This document shows positions 37,030 to 48,933 of a stretch of 60,000 nt of DNA, piece by piece (position 1 is the stretch's first letter; every line of letters begins with the position of its first letter). The DNA comes from Malacoraja senta (Eukaryota). The notes beneath the pieces were generated by a model. It made no database searches. It saw only the letters and a program-made list of their open reading frames with translations, and was not told the DNA's origin. The position numbers and the translations under genes are program-made. Location: positions 6,326,001 through 6,386,000 of the forward strand of contig CM075994.1 in NCBI GenBank assembly GCA_038087875.1, read 5' to 3'.

Positions 37030-37535
37030 GTAATCTTATTTTAATTTTTATAAACTGTACATTCTCTAACAAACTTAGGTGTGTGTGAGGAAACCTGAGC
37101 ACTCGGAGTAAACCCACGCGGTCACGGGAAGAACGCATAAATTCCATTCAGACATCAGCCGTAGTCAGGATAGAAACTGGGTCTCTGGCGCTGAGAAGCA
37201 GCAAATGAGTTTAGTTTAGAGATACAGCGCAGAAACAGGCACTTCGCCCCACCGAGTCCTCACCGACCAGCGATCCCCGCACATTAACGCTATCCTACAT
37301 ACAATAGGGACAATTTACAATATACCAAGCCAATTAACCTACAAAGCCGTAGGACTTTGGACTGTGGGAGGAAAACGGAGCACCCGGAGAAAACCCACGC
37401 GGTCACGGGGCAAACGCAGAAAATCCATACAGACAGCACCCGTAGTCAGGATCAAACCCGGGTCTCTTCCGCTGTAAGGCATCAAGTTTTTCAATACCGT
37501 GATTTTTTTTTAAAGTCTGCTTTTCATTGAGACAG

Positions 37536-37826
37536 AACGTGTATTATTACCGGTGATAAATATCAGTGAAACCTTCACTGAAGGAGTGTGTAACGTTAGC
37601 TTGGTGGGTTCACTGGAGCACGGTACCGAGCCAGTCTAGACTTGGTGGTCAGGAGATGGCAAGGTCACGGCAGATGGGTCGCACATACTGACTGATGAAG
37701 GGAGAAGGCTGGCACTATCCATAGCTCTACCCAACAACAACAGCGTGTATAACTGTACCGTGGGGAACCCTGTTAGTGAGGAAACGCGGAGCGTGGATCT
37801 GACAGAGCTCTGTAATGCCCATGAAG
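37536..37826 (+). pseudogene. CD2/SLAM-type Ig C2 exon (disabled)
   Basis: ERVLLPVINISETFTEGVCNVSLVGSLEHGTEPV*TWWSG..SVYNCTVGNPVSEETRSVDLTELC. The SLAM hallmark Y.C...NPVS is present. The B-strand Cys reads Gly and there is a TAG at 37637. Confidence 0.88.
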
Positions 37827-38346
37827 GGTTGTGGCTTTATCTTTTCACACTAAGCACACTTCTCAAATAAAATATGGGCTAATTATTATGTTCCTATACA
37901 AATCCCCAAATCCTTCCAGTGGAAGAAATCAGGTAATAGATTTAGTTTAAACAGGCACAAAATGCTGCCTGTGGAATTATATGCCACACAAGGCAGTGGA
38001 GTCTAATTCAATGGATGTATTCAAGAGAGAGTTAGATACAGATATTGGGGCTAACGGAATCAAGGGAAATGAAGAAAAAAGCCGGAACAGGGTACCTGTT
38101 CAGGATAATTAGCCATGATCATATTGAATGGCGATGCTGGCTCGAAGGGCCGAATGGCTTACTCTGCAGCTACTTTCTATGTTTCTGAGATTATTCATCC
38201 AGAGCCTCATCTGTATGGGTGGTGGAATATTCATGTCCCTGCTGCCCTTGTCCATTAGGGTTGGGACAACTCACTGCCGTGCTGGGAAACTATGGACAAC
38301 AACACACCAGAGCTGATGGCACTAATATCTTGTCCTTGTGTTTCAG

Positions 38347-38676
38347 GTCTGGGACAAACTGCTGGGAAACCAGGCACTCGTCGCTTGGTGAATGGGACAC
38401 TGGGGCAGTCAGTCACATTACCAGGATGTATCTCAGGAGAATACATTTTGATCCTCACTTGGGATTACCGCAATTCACCAACAACAGGAAAGGTTCAATT
38501 ATGTATGAAAACTCAAAACAATCCAATACAATGTAACAAACAGCGAATTAGGTTAAACTTACAGGACTGTAGTCGGGAAATACAGAACCAAACAGAACAC
38601 GATCAAGGTCTATATGAAATGAACTTCTGGACGAATCTGGCTGTCCATGAACAAGTGTAAGAACTGAAGATTTATG
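38347..38676 (+). pseudogene. CD2/SLAM-type Ig V exon, copy 2 (single stop)
   Basis: Intact ag/gt, 330 nt, phase 1-1. GLGQTAGKPGTRRLVNGTLGQSVTLPGC..DQGLYEMNF..EQV*ELKIY, with TAA at 38658. Confidence 0.88.
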
Positions 38677-39624
38677 GTAATCTATTTCAATTTAAAAAAC
38701 AGTATATTTTCCAATCTAACAACCTTTAAGAACTGTAAGGGGAGATGCTTACGATGTGAGGCAAGTCTGTGGGTTATACGGGCAGGGTGAATACTGAAAC
38801 ATCACATGGGTTGGAGCACTTGGTTGTTCAGGAATCAGTCCTCAGTAATTGCTGTTTAAATATTAATGGAGGAGAATTAGGATGGGTTCTTGAAGGTAGG
38901 TCTCTCCAAGCCATCGGACTTTTCTGTAAAATTATAGGTCCACAGACATTAAACTTTAGCTGCTCATAACGAGTTTACTTGTGATCTAGTTTTGGTGGCA
39001 AAATGTAACCTGGACGATTATTTTTTGTAAACTCACGGGAAGGATTTTGCACTAAAACTACAGTTATAATCTGACAAACAAAATGTAGAAGCAAAGAGCT
39101 GCAGATTCTGGTTTACAATGAAAGACACAAAGTGCTGGAACGACACGGTGGGCGGCACGATGGGTGGCACGATGGCGTAGCAGCAGAGTGGCTGCCTTAC
39201 AGCGCAAGAGACCCGTGTTCGATCCTGACTATGGGTGCTTGTCTGTACGGAGTTTGTATGTTCTCCCTGTGACCCGAGTTAGTTTTCTCCAGGATCTCTG
39301 GTTTGCTCCTATATTCCAGAAATACATAGGTTTGTAGGTTAGTTGGCTTGGTATATTTGGAAATTGTCCCTAGTGTGTGTGGGATAGCGTTAGTGTGCGG
39401 GAATCGCTGGTCGGAGCGGATGCATTGGGTCGAAGAGGCTATTTCCCCGCTGTATTTCTAAACTAAACCCAGCGGGTCAGGCAGCATCCCAGGCAGCATC
39501 CCAAGCAGCATCACCTATCTATGACTATAAAGTCATAGATAGGTGACTTTTAGCTTGGGGACCCTTCTTCAGGCTGCAATCTTAATTTTGCAGATCATCT
39601 TAGGAACAGTTTCCGTCGCCAAAA

Positions 39625-40330
39625 TTCATAATAATAATCATACTTTATTAGCCAAGGAGGGATTTGATTTGACATACAGTCATACCAAGAAAAAGCAATA
39701 AAACACATAAAATCCATTTTAACATAAACATCCACCACAGTGACTTCTCCACATTCCTCACTCACTGTGATGGAAGGCGAAAAAAAAGTTCAATCTCTTC
39801 CCTTCTTTGTTCTATTGTGGTCGAGGGCCTCAAGACTTCCGTTGTCGAGGCGATCTTGGCTCCCGTAACCAGTGGTCGGGCTCTCCGCGTCAGGGCAATC
39901 AAGCTCCCACATCGGGGACGGGGGTATATCAGCTTCCCCGCACTGGGCGATTGGACCCCGGGTCGGGGCTGGTCAAACCTCTTGCGACTTTGGATCTACC
40001 CGAGACAGCTAGCTCCTCGATGGTTGGCGTGTCGATCCCACGCAAGGGATCGCAGGCTCCGATGGTAAGTCCATTGCCACGAGGTGGGGCTCAAAGCCAG
40101 CTCCATGATGTTAGGCCGCAGAGCGCCTGGAAATATGATCAGGAAAAAATCGCATCTCCGGCAAGGTAAGAGATTGAAAAAAAAGTTCCCGCCCCCCTCC
40201 CCCCCCCCCCCCCGCCCACCTCCCACATAAAACAAACCAGAGAACATTAAAATATACGTTTAAAACATACTCAAAATAACAAAAAAGACAAAAAGACAGA
40301 GGTTGGTGAGGCTGCCATTGCTGACGGTGC
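39625..40330 (-). mobile_element. Unclassified non-coding retroposon-like repeat
   Basis: GC-rich head near 40330 and an aataaa plus (att)n tail near 39630. Confidence 0.45.
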
Positions 40331-40437
40331 CACGCGGTGCATTCAGCTGCATTTCTCAATTTTGAGCAAAGTTCACTTTATATTTCTCTGCATTAAAACA
40401 CTAATGCAGTCACAGTTGAATGTCAATCCTTTTTCAG

Positions 40438-40558
40438 GTGACAAGCTACACCAAGCACTCCATATTAGCTTGATTACTGCGGGAATTGTGGGAGCTATCA
40501 TCTTAGCTATCGTTGGCTACATGCATTGGAAGAAAGGACCAAAGCACATTGAAGACAG
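40438..40558 (+). pseudogene. CD2/SLAM-family locus, transmembrane exon
   Basis: Acceptor cctttttcag, phase 1. Encodes GDKLHQALHISLITAGIVGAIILAIVGYMHWKKGPKHIED. Donor at 40559, or alternatively at 40603. Confidence 0.78.
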
Positions 40559-43500
40559 GTGCTCGACTATTCTTCTTCTTAAACTATGCAAACTATTCCC
40601 AGGTAATGTCCAATGACAACAAGGCAGCTCATATTTTGGCTTTAGCTCCTTTTGAAAGCCTATGGGCCAAATGCAAGCATTGAAAAGGCATGTTGGTCGG
40701 CATGGCTGAGTCGGGTCATGTTTCCATGCAGCATGATTCCATTTGAAATGCAAGAACTCTTTCACTGGAGATTAAAGATTAGTTAAAATGATGAAGAACT
40801 GTGCATTCTGAAGAACCAGGACAGAAAGGGTTGTGAGGCAACAGTGAAATTCTAATCCGTGAGTGAAGCAGAGGCACAAGGAATAACTCACTTGGGATAG
40901 ACACAAAATGCTGGAGTAACTCAGCAGAACAGGCAGCATCTCTGGAGAGAAGGAATGGGTGATGATTCGGGTTGGGATCCTTCTTCAGACTGGTTCTTTT
41001 TGTCCAGAGATGCTGCCTGGCCGGCTGAGTTACTCCAGCATTTTCTGCCTATTATCTCATGGTAACTTGGTTCAAATTTTACAAAGACTCAGCGCATAGT
41101 CTGTGAAACCATTCTTATCCATGATCAGAGTAACTCTTTCATGTTTCTTCTCCTGCTCTTTCTGCATTACAGTTGACACTAACAAAATGTAACTTTTACA
41201 ACTGATCAAATCTGCTTTTCTTGCTTTTCTTTTTTTTCTGATTTTCTTGCTGTCTAAGCTGAAAGGTGTGAAGCTTGATCTAATTTCTCTGCTGCAACGC
41301 TGCTTTAACTCTTCCTCTATGTCCAGCACAGATAATTCACTGGTGGTCTTAATTCAGATGGACACAAAATGCTTGAGTAACTCAGCGGGTCCGAGTAACT
41401 AATAAATGTTTGTATATTTATTTGCCAGGCTTGCCTTCTTTGTTCTAAAAGGCATAGAGAGAGTGGATGCAGGAAAGGATGTTTCCACTGGTGTGTGAGT
41501 CTTGGACCTGAGGTCATAGCTCAGAATTAAAGGAACTTCTTTAGTCAGAAGCGGTTAATCTGTGGAAATCTGTTGCCCTTCTCTGGTCCAAACAATCTGT
41601 GATTCCCGACTCATCTTAGTGTGGTTCATTTTTAAGCAGGTTTCAGAATTACAATTTTGTTGTGCACAAAGGCAGTTTACCACCACCTTCTCAAGGGCAA
41701 TTAATGATGGGCATTACATGCTGGCCTTGTCAGTGAAGCCCAGTTCAAGAAAATGGAATTGAAAAAAATGATGTGATCCCAGAACCCATTGATTGAGCCA
41801 ATAAGGCTTATTTTTGTTGAGTTTTTGGGTGATTATGTTATTAAGGGTTGATTCATCCCTACTTCACTTAGAGCCTCATTATGGGCAATTTCACAAATCC
41901 CAGGAGCCCAGATTAGATGGGGTGCAAGAACAGTTTTATACTGAAGATGCACACAAAATGCCGGAGTAACTCAGCGGATGAAGTAGCATCTCTGGAAAAA
42001 AGGGATAGGTGATGTTTTGGGTTGAGACCCTTCTTCAGAGATACTCTTATACAGTTTGATTCTGCACGTCATTATGATCAGCAAAAAATATTCCATCCAA
42101 TCCTATGAGATTGCTGAATCTTTTGTGTTTTGTTCAAGATTCCAACATCTGCAATTCCTTGTGGCTCTACCTTTGCCTCCATTGTTCTCACATTTCACAA
42201 ATGTTTAACCCTTGTTGTAAACCTATTTGTCTTTCTGTGGGTTTCCCCATTTTGTAGCTTGTCTGCCATCTTTGTTTTTGTGTGTTTTCTCACTTCCTCA
42301 TTTAGCTTCTGTTGCAGTTCAACTTTCCTGCAGTTTGCTCCTAGTTCTGTTCCTTCTTCCCTGGGCATTGTTCTCTCGTAGGTACACAAAAATGCTGGAG
42401 AAACTCAGCGGGTGCAGCAGCATCTATGGAGCGAAGGAAATAGGCAACGTTTCAGGCCGAAACCCTGATCTCTCATAGTTCTCTCTCTCTCTCTCTCTGT
42501 TGCACATTGAGTGTTTCGGCTGCGTTCATGATCTCATGAATCTAACCGCGCCTGTTTCAATCTCATCTAATTATTTGGACATTGCAACTATCCCACTAAC
42601 ATCTGAATACGAGGCTTTATTACCCAAGCTGAATGAAAGAGTTACCAGAAAGACATTTAAAAGATGAGTGGAGTATGGAAAATTTAAAACAAAAATGTAG
42701 CGAAATGTCCAAAGAAATATCATAGTGTTAATAACCTAAAACTGTCACTGTGCCACTGAAGGTAAAAAGCTAAGAAAGATGACAAATGATTAGTCGGTTA
42801 GATTTTAACAAGTGTTCAATAAGAGAGGGAAGGAATTCCAGAAGTTGTTGATTTGACAGTGGATAGAATGCGCCAAGAATAAAGATTAAATTGTGGGTGT
42901 TCGAGAGGCCAAGGATGACGGTTTATGGAGGGATTATAGGGCTGATAGAAACTGCAGGCAGGCAGGGGCTAAACCGTCATGGAAAATAAAAGTAATTTAA
43001 AAATTCTCCAAATAGTTTGTCCATTTAGCGAGGCGAGGTTTAGATCGTTCGACTCTATGTGGTTTGGATCCTGTCTGCAGTATTCTATGTCCATTGTGGT
43101 CACATGCCACACTTGGTGTGAATAAAAATGTGTGCGTGATTCTCAGAAATGTTACCAATGCATTGTACAAAACAACCAGTTTTACCAGATGATAGTTGCT
43201 GTCTATAACCCTGAGAAAGCAGCCCTCCCACGGCAAGTCCTCTAGCACAAAGCTTCAGCCATGATAGCGAACTCTGTTTTACCGTAAAGTACTCTCACTG
43301 CAGAGTTCACAAGACAGAAATGACCATAACATGCAGAAGTCTGCAGCCCATGTCTTGTGGTACAAAGACCACTAAACATGAGAAAATTCCTTCTATGTTA
43401 CTTCATAGCACATAACAGTAAGATTAAATGAGAATTTACCAGTTTGAAGTTTGATCTTTATTTTATGAGTTACGTTGAGGGATTACGTGAAGAACCCGCC

Positions 43501-43848
43501 AGCCCGCATGCGCGTCAATCTTCAAAGCAGCGGTGTGAGATCGCAGATAACAGTTGTTGAACATAGTAAGATTAGAGAAGACTAGAATACCAGCTGACCT
43601 TTATGATAGAGAGTTGGGAGTGGAGGGCACGTAATCCCTCAACGTAACTCCTCATTAAATAAAGATCAAACTTAAAACTGGTAAGTTCTCATTTAATCTT
43701 ACTATTTTACTTCGGAGTCACGTGAGTGACTACGTGAAGATTTCAAAGCTCTGTGACTTCATGCTGTAGAAATGAGTCCACGCGTCACACACTGTGTTAA
43801 TTGACCAAGGAGGAGTAAAAATACAATGCATTCAGACATGACATAGTT

Positions 43849-44881
43849 TTAAAGCATGCTGATGCTTTTATTAATAAAATAAATAATAATGACCCCTAAC
43901 ACTCGGGGTAAATTATAAGACAGAATTAAAAATAGAATCCTCAAACACCCCTGGCCTGGTAATGGGTTTGTCATAGAATATCTGAAAAGTTCTTTCACTA
44001 GACCATCCTGCCGCTGCAAGGATGTGGTCCGTAGGAACTTCCAACCCTTTCGCTGCCGATGTCGATGCAGCCATAGTGGAATGAGATTTAAAAACATCAG
44101 TGTCCACATCTGTCCAAGCCAACACCCGTCTTAGCCACCTTGAGATGGTTTGCACTGACACACTTCTGTGAGTTTTTTATGACTGATAAGTAATGCCAAT
44201 TCAGTGCCTCTGAGGTTTTTTGTGACCTTGATATATTTTAGCAAATGCGTGACTGCAAATAAACGAAGGTCTATGGGATATGCTACGAATTCCAATCTGA
44301 GACCTGATGCCCCTGGTCTGCTCTGCTTGATTAATTAATATACGTAGAAAGGTATTTTATTAGCAGATGTTATCATTGTGTCCAGTCGCAATTTATGTAG
44401 CGACTGGACCCATTGTGCCGAAACTAGTGCCATAAGCATGACTACTTGACCAGTGACAGGGATGTTGCTGGTGCCCACCCCGAAGCAGCGTCAGTACAAT
44501 GCTTACATCCCAAATCTCCGAGTACCGCGGTTTGGGAGGATTGGTGTTAAAAATACCCTTCATGAGTTTCGACACCAGTGGGTGAGACCCGACAGCGTGG
44601 TGTCCCGACCCTAGCCATAAATATGAATATAGTGCACTTCTTGCACAATTGATGGCACTGTAACCCAGTCCTTCCTCAAAGTAAAGACTGGACAAAAACT
44701 CTAACACATCTGTCACACGTACTGTGTTATACATGATATTAGACCGTGAGCAGAACTTCTCCCATTTCCTAATATAGGAGATATACTGTTTTTTGGTGGT
44801 ATCCCTCCAAGATGCCGTGATCATGTTCAAGGTTCGATCCGTCAGTCCAAGCCCAAGAAAAGGTCTCTTCAGACTCTGCAA
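43849..44881 (-). pseudogene. DIRS tyrosine recombinase (frameshifted)
   Basis: SWRDTTKKQY, YSAINCARSAL, WDVSIVL, TISRWL, FKSHST.AASTS and AAGWSSERTFQIFY motifs. Confidence 0.9.
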
Positions 44882-45009
44882 ATTAATAAATTTATACGGT
44901 CATGGCATGGGTGACTTTCCCCTGTTACATGATGAACCAGCAAATCATAGCATTTGGAAATGGTCATACAAGGTTCTGATATCATACCAAGAACCAAAGG
45001 GAACCATGG

Positions 45010-46535
45010 CTAAGTAGGCCAGTCGGGTACTACTAAGATACCTGACGCGGTGTCTTGTTGGATCTTTTGCAAGACCTGACTGATGAGGCTGATGGGAGGA
45101 AATGCATAGAAAAACAATTCTCCCCAGTGTAGCAAGAACGCATCCATCGCCACTGCCCCATGGTCTGGTTCCCATGCAACAAACATTGGCAATTGGTGAT
45201 TAAGCCTGGATGCGAATAGATCGATATCCGGCGTTCCATACCGAGAAATAATATCGGCGAAAACTTTGCGGTCCAACATCCATTCGATGTTGCTAGAAGG
45301 TAGGTAGCTGACAACCAAATGTTTCTTTTAATGCACCAGTGCCAAATACGGTTAGCCAAATAATCACAATATACCGACTTAATTCCGCCCATGTGATTAA
45401 TATATGCCACCGCAGTGATATTGTCAACCTGAAGTTGAACGTGTAAATGATGCATTTCTGTACAGTAAGCCTTTAGCCCATAAAATGCACCCAACATTTC
45501 TAAATAATTAATACCATGTGACTTGAACAATGATGATTCATGCACATCCCATCTGCCACCGCAACTAGAGATGGTATTAATACCACCCCAACCTTGGGTG
45601 CTAGCATCGGTTTGTAAAATAACCGAAGGACTGCTGATTACAATGGTATTGGAACAATGCCGAATGTTGAGTATCCACCATTGCAATTCAGAAATAGCAT
45701 TGGCTGGTAACCGCATAGGTCGGTCAAAATGACCAGCATGGTTTTTGAAGGCTTGTACCCTTGCACGTTATCAATTTTGATAATGCAAGGGTCCAAATTG
45801 AGCGGCTGGAAATGCCGCCACTAACTTGCCAATTACCCTGGCTACTTGTCGAATAGATGGCTGCTCAACAACCACAAGGTTGTAACAGGCCTCTGCTATT
45901 TCCAATCTCTTGCCCCAGGGCAGAGTCACAGACATGTGAAGAGAGTTAATAGTAAACCCTAAATAATCAATCACCTTGCATGGTGTCAACTTAGATTTAA
46001 CTGGATGGATGAGAAACCCCAATTTCTCAAACGAGAGTTTAGTGGCTGAAACAGCTAATTTAGCTATTTCCAGAGTTTCCCCAATGATCAAAATATCATC
46101 TAGGTATGCCATGACAATATATTTTTGAGCTCTAAGAAGCGCAAGAGCCGGTTTTAATATTTTGGTAAACAATCTGGGGGCTGATGTTAACCCATTAGGC
46201 AATGCTTTGAACTGCCACAGTTGCCCCATCCAGTTAAACTTCAAATACCTCCGGTGATCCCTATGAATGGGTACCGAATAGTATGCATCTTTGGGATCGA
46301 TGCATGCCATAAAGCATCCTTTGGAAATCAAATGTTTGTCAGTAACAAAAGTTTAAATTTTAAAATGTTTATACTGCACAAAAGCATTAAGCTCAGACAG
46401 ATCCAGGATGATGCGGCATCCACCATCTGTCTTTCTCCTTGTAAAGATATTAGAAACAAATTCGTGAGAGTCATGCCGTGATCTCTCAACTACCCCTTTT
46501 GAATGCAACTTCAATATTTCTGCATGCACCACCAA
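45010..46535 (-). pseudogene. DIRS pol: RT, RNase H and N6-adenine methyltransferase-like domain (frameshifted)
   Basis: RT: RIILDL, DPKDAYY, LPNGL.SAPRLFTK, YLDD. RNase H: TDAS..GWG, INYLEM, DN.TAV.YIN..GG. Methyltransferase-like: DLFAS..N and YAFPP. Confidence 0.92.
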
Positions 46536-46547
46536 ACCTTCCTGCTG

Positions 46548-47959
46548 TTAAAGCCTAAACGTTCGGTTCGGTGCATTATGAAGGAACTCAATTTTATACC
46601 CCTGTACACTGTGCAGTATAAACGGGTCAGAAGTTATAGAACTCCACGCATTCCAAAACAAGTGTAACCTTCCTCCAACGTGTAAATAATCGACACACCC
46701 CATGTTCCGGAAGGAACCAGACCCACCTACCTCCATGGTCACTAGTGGGTTTGTATTTATTTCTTCCGCCCCTGAGTCCTGGGGGGTAGAGATGCTGGAA
46801 TGCGGGAATGGCGCATCTTCCAAGAAGTCCGTTCTGGACCTTTGTCCATGATATGCGGCCTTCGAGCTTTCATCAGCCTCAGGATACCGTTTTCTGCTGG
46901 TGGATGCATAGGGGTGCTGCCGCCGAAATTGAGGGGTCTTGCTGGTTGATGGCGGCTTCATCAGGCCGACAGCTTTCGCCTCTTCATCAAGGTCTTTGAC
47001 TTGTTTCGGTAGGTTCTCCCCGAACAACAAATTTGGCGGCTGGATGTTGCTTGCTTTACACAACCCCGCAAACTTGGGGTTTAGGGCAGGTCGGATGGCA
47101 CTTTTTCGAAAACAGTTAATCTCAAAATGGGCATTGCACATCAGTGCTAGTGCATCTTGCTGCTCATCTGATAAAGGTCCTCCATCGACAGACCTGGCAA
47201 ACGCCGTTATGCCCGAAGCCACTAATTTGAGAATGTTTTGGATCTTAATTTCTTGGGCCCTGATGCCCCCTCCAATGTATCCCCAAATTGAATTATTCAT
47301 GGCTGGAACATTCAGTGATGTACAATTTGCAGGTGCCATGTATTTGGCGGCTGTTTCAGTCATCGCCTGCTCCTGCAGCTGGTGGGAGGTAAGATAATTG
47401 ATACTCGCAGCGAGCTGTTCCTGCAACGATTCCCCTGTTTGTGAGGGGACTGCGAATCTGGAAACCATGGTAGGTAGATTCCGAGCTTCGTGCACCCCAA
47501 ACACACGAAGCTTCTTCAGCCATTTCCCCGAATTCGGAGTCAGCCCATTACTGGCTCCGTACACTCCCCTCCGACGAGACCCACGCTGACCCTGCTCCGA
47601 CTGCTGGACCATGTCATGCTGGAGAATTTTCTCCATTAAACGCTCCATTCGAGCTAAACGCCCTAGGGCGCTATCTGCCAAAGGAGTTGAGTCTTCCCAG
47701 CCTGACTCATCCGAGTCCACAGTCCGGTCTGTTTTACGTTGGATTTACCCCCTTTCTGGGGAACCACTGCCGATTGTAAAGGTACTAAGTCGGAGGTCAT
47801 TGACCGTGTCAGTGACTCAGGTGGAGAATTCGACCTACCCTGGCTGTCCGCATTTCCGCGGTCCTCTGCAGCCTGTTTTGCCGAGGTCCGTTTGGACTTA
47901 GCCCTTAATTTATCCATTGACTGGAAAACCAACGTCCTGTAAACGAATTTACAGAACAA
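46548..47959 (-). pseudogene. DIRS ORF1 (gag-like)
   Basis: 390-aa ORF with P.NC..L.VP.MN..IW and LLFGENL, lying upstream of the RT. Confidence 0.8.
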
Positions 47960-48308
47960 ACGACCTCAGAATAAGTTAAACTTACCTGGAGGGTCCTTTT
48001 AAACTTACCACTGTAGGAGCAGCGCGCCTACCAGCCGGTTGCTGCGCCATGTGTTAGACAATATGATGCGCATGCGGGCTGGCGGGTTCTTCACGTAGTC
48101 ACTCACGTGACTCCAAAGTAAAATCTCTTTTACCAGGCATTCCAGAATTTATACAGCACAAAACTCTATCTCCTAATGCCAAGATCTCTCTTCATGCCTG
48201 TAAACTGCCTTGTACTCCAAAACAATCCTCTGCACTATGCGTTACAAGCCTGAGTCACATAAACACAGGATTTGAACACACGGTCCTTTGACATTCTTTC
48301 CTTTCAAG

Positions 48309-48434
48309 CCACAGAGACATTTACGTGAACTGGATGCCAGTGGAGGAGAGCAAAATCGAAAGGCGCAGCTCACCACGCTATACGATGAGATAATTCAACC
48401 CCAATCTGGACACTGCAGGGGCAAGAACGAATGA
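48309..48434 (+). pseudogene. CD2/SLAM-family locus, probable terminal exon with ITSM
   Basis: Acceptor cattctttcctttcaag. Encodes PQRHLRELDASGGEQNRKAQLTTLYDEIIQPQSGHCRGKNE*, where TLYDEI matches TxYxxI. AATAAA at 48881. Confidence 0.65.
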
Positions 48435-48933
48435 GGGAAAGGTGCTCTCTGCCCACCGTTTATCGTCTGATACATGAAATTTAACCACCAGGTTGAATTA
48501 CGCCTTGAATTGCTCCTCCGACCTTTGTGCTGAACTGCTTGCTGCAATAAGCTGTATCTCCAAACAAAGTAGAGTAGAGGTAAAGGCAAATTCAGATGGG
48601 CCATGATCTTACTGAACACCGAGCAAGCAACAGCACCGTGAAGCAAACCACTGTTACAGTTAAGTCTTGTGGTCGTGTTGATTAAGAGCTGTCAACCGCT
48701 GTGTATTTCCACCAATTCCTGTTTGTTTCAGCTATCGTGCCTATGTGCATGAAGTTAGATTTTATTTAATTGTTGAAGTAAACTAATTTTTAAACAAAGC
48801 TATTTAACTGTGTGAGGCTGTTTCTTTGCCAACCCAAATGTGTTCTCATTCTGTCAACAAAGCATTTCAGTGTGGCTTTCAATAAAATGTGCCTCAGTCG
48901 ATTGTACAAAGTGCACCCAGAAACATCACTGTT

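Larger units (their letters stand above)
43417..48124 (-). mobile_element. DIRS1-type tyrosine-recombinase retrotransposon, structurally complete but degraded
   Basis: Inverted terminal repeats (43485-43516 vs 48066-48093). The internal complementary region 43628-43740 is the reverse complement of both termini, joined at 43703/43704. No TSD. Confidence 0.95.

Noticed and set aside
36576..37088. 170-aa ORF as a standalone gene
   Set aside because: It is a chimera of intron, an out-of-frame part and the in-frame end of the disabled V exon.
41072..42389. Minus-strand Lys/Glu/Arg-rich ORFs resembling coiled coils
   Set aside because: They are the reverse complement of plus-strand polypyrimidine tracts. 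Small SLAM cytoplasmic exons may lie here, but none could be defined.
45010..45318. Bacterial or phage DNA methyltransferase, suggesting contamination or HGT
   Set aside because: It is the usual methyltransferase-like domain of DIRS1 pol, in its expected position.
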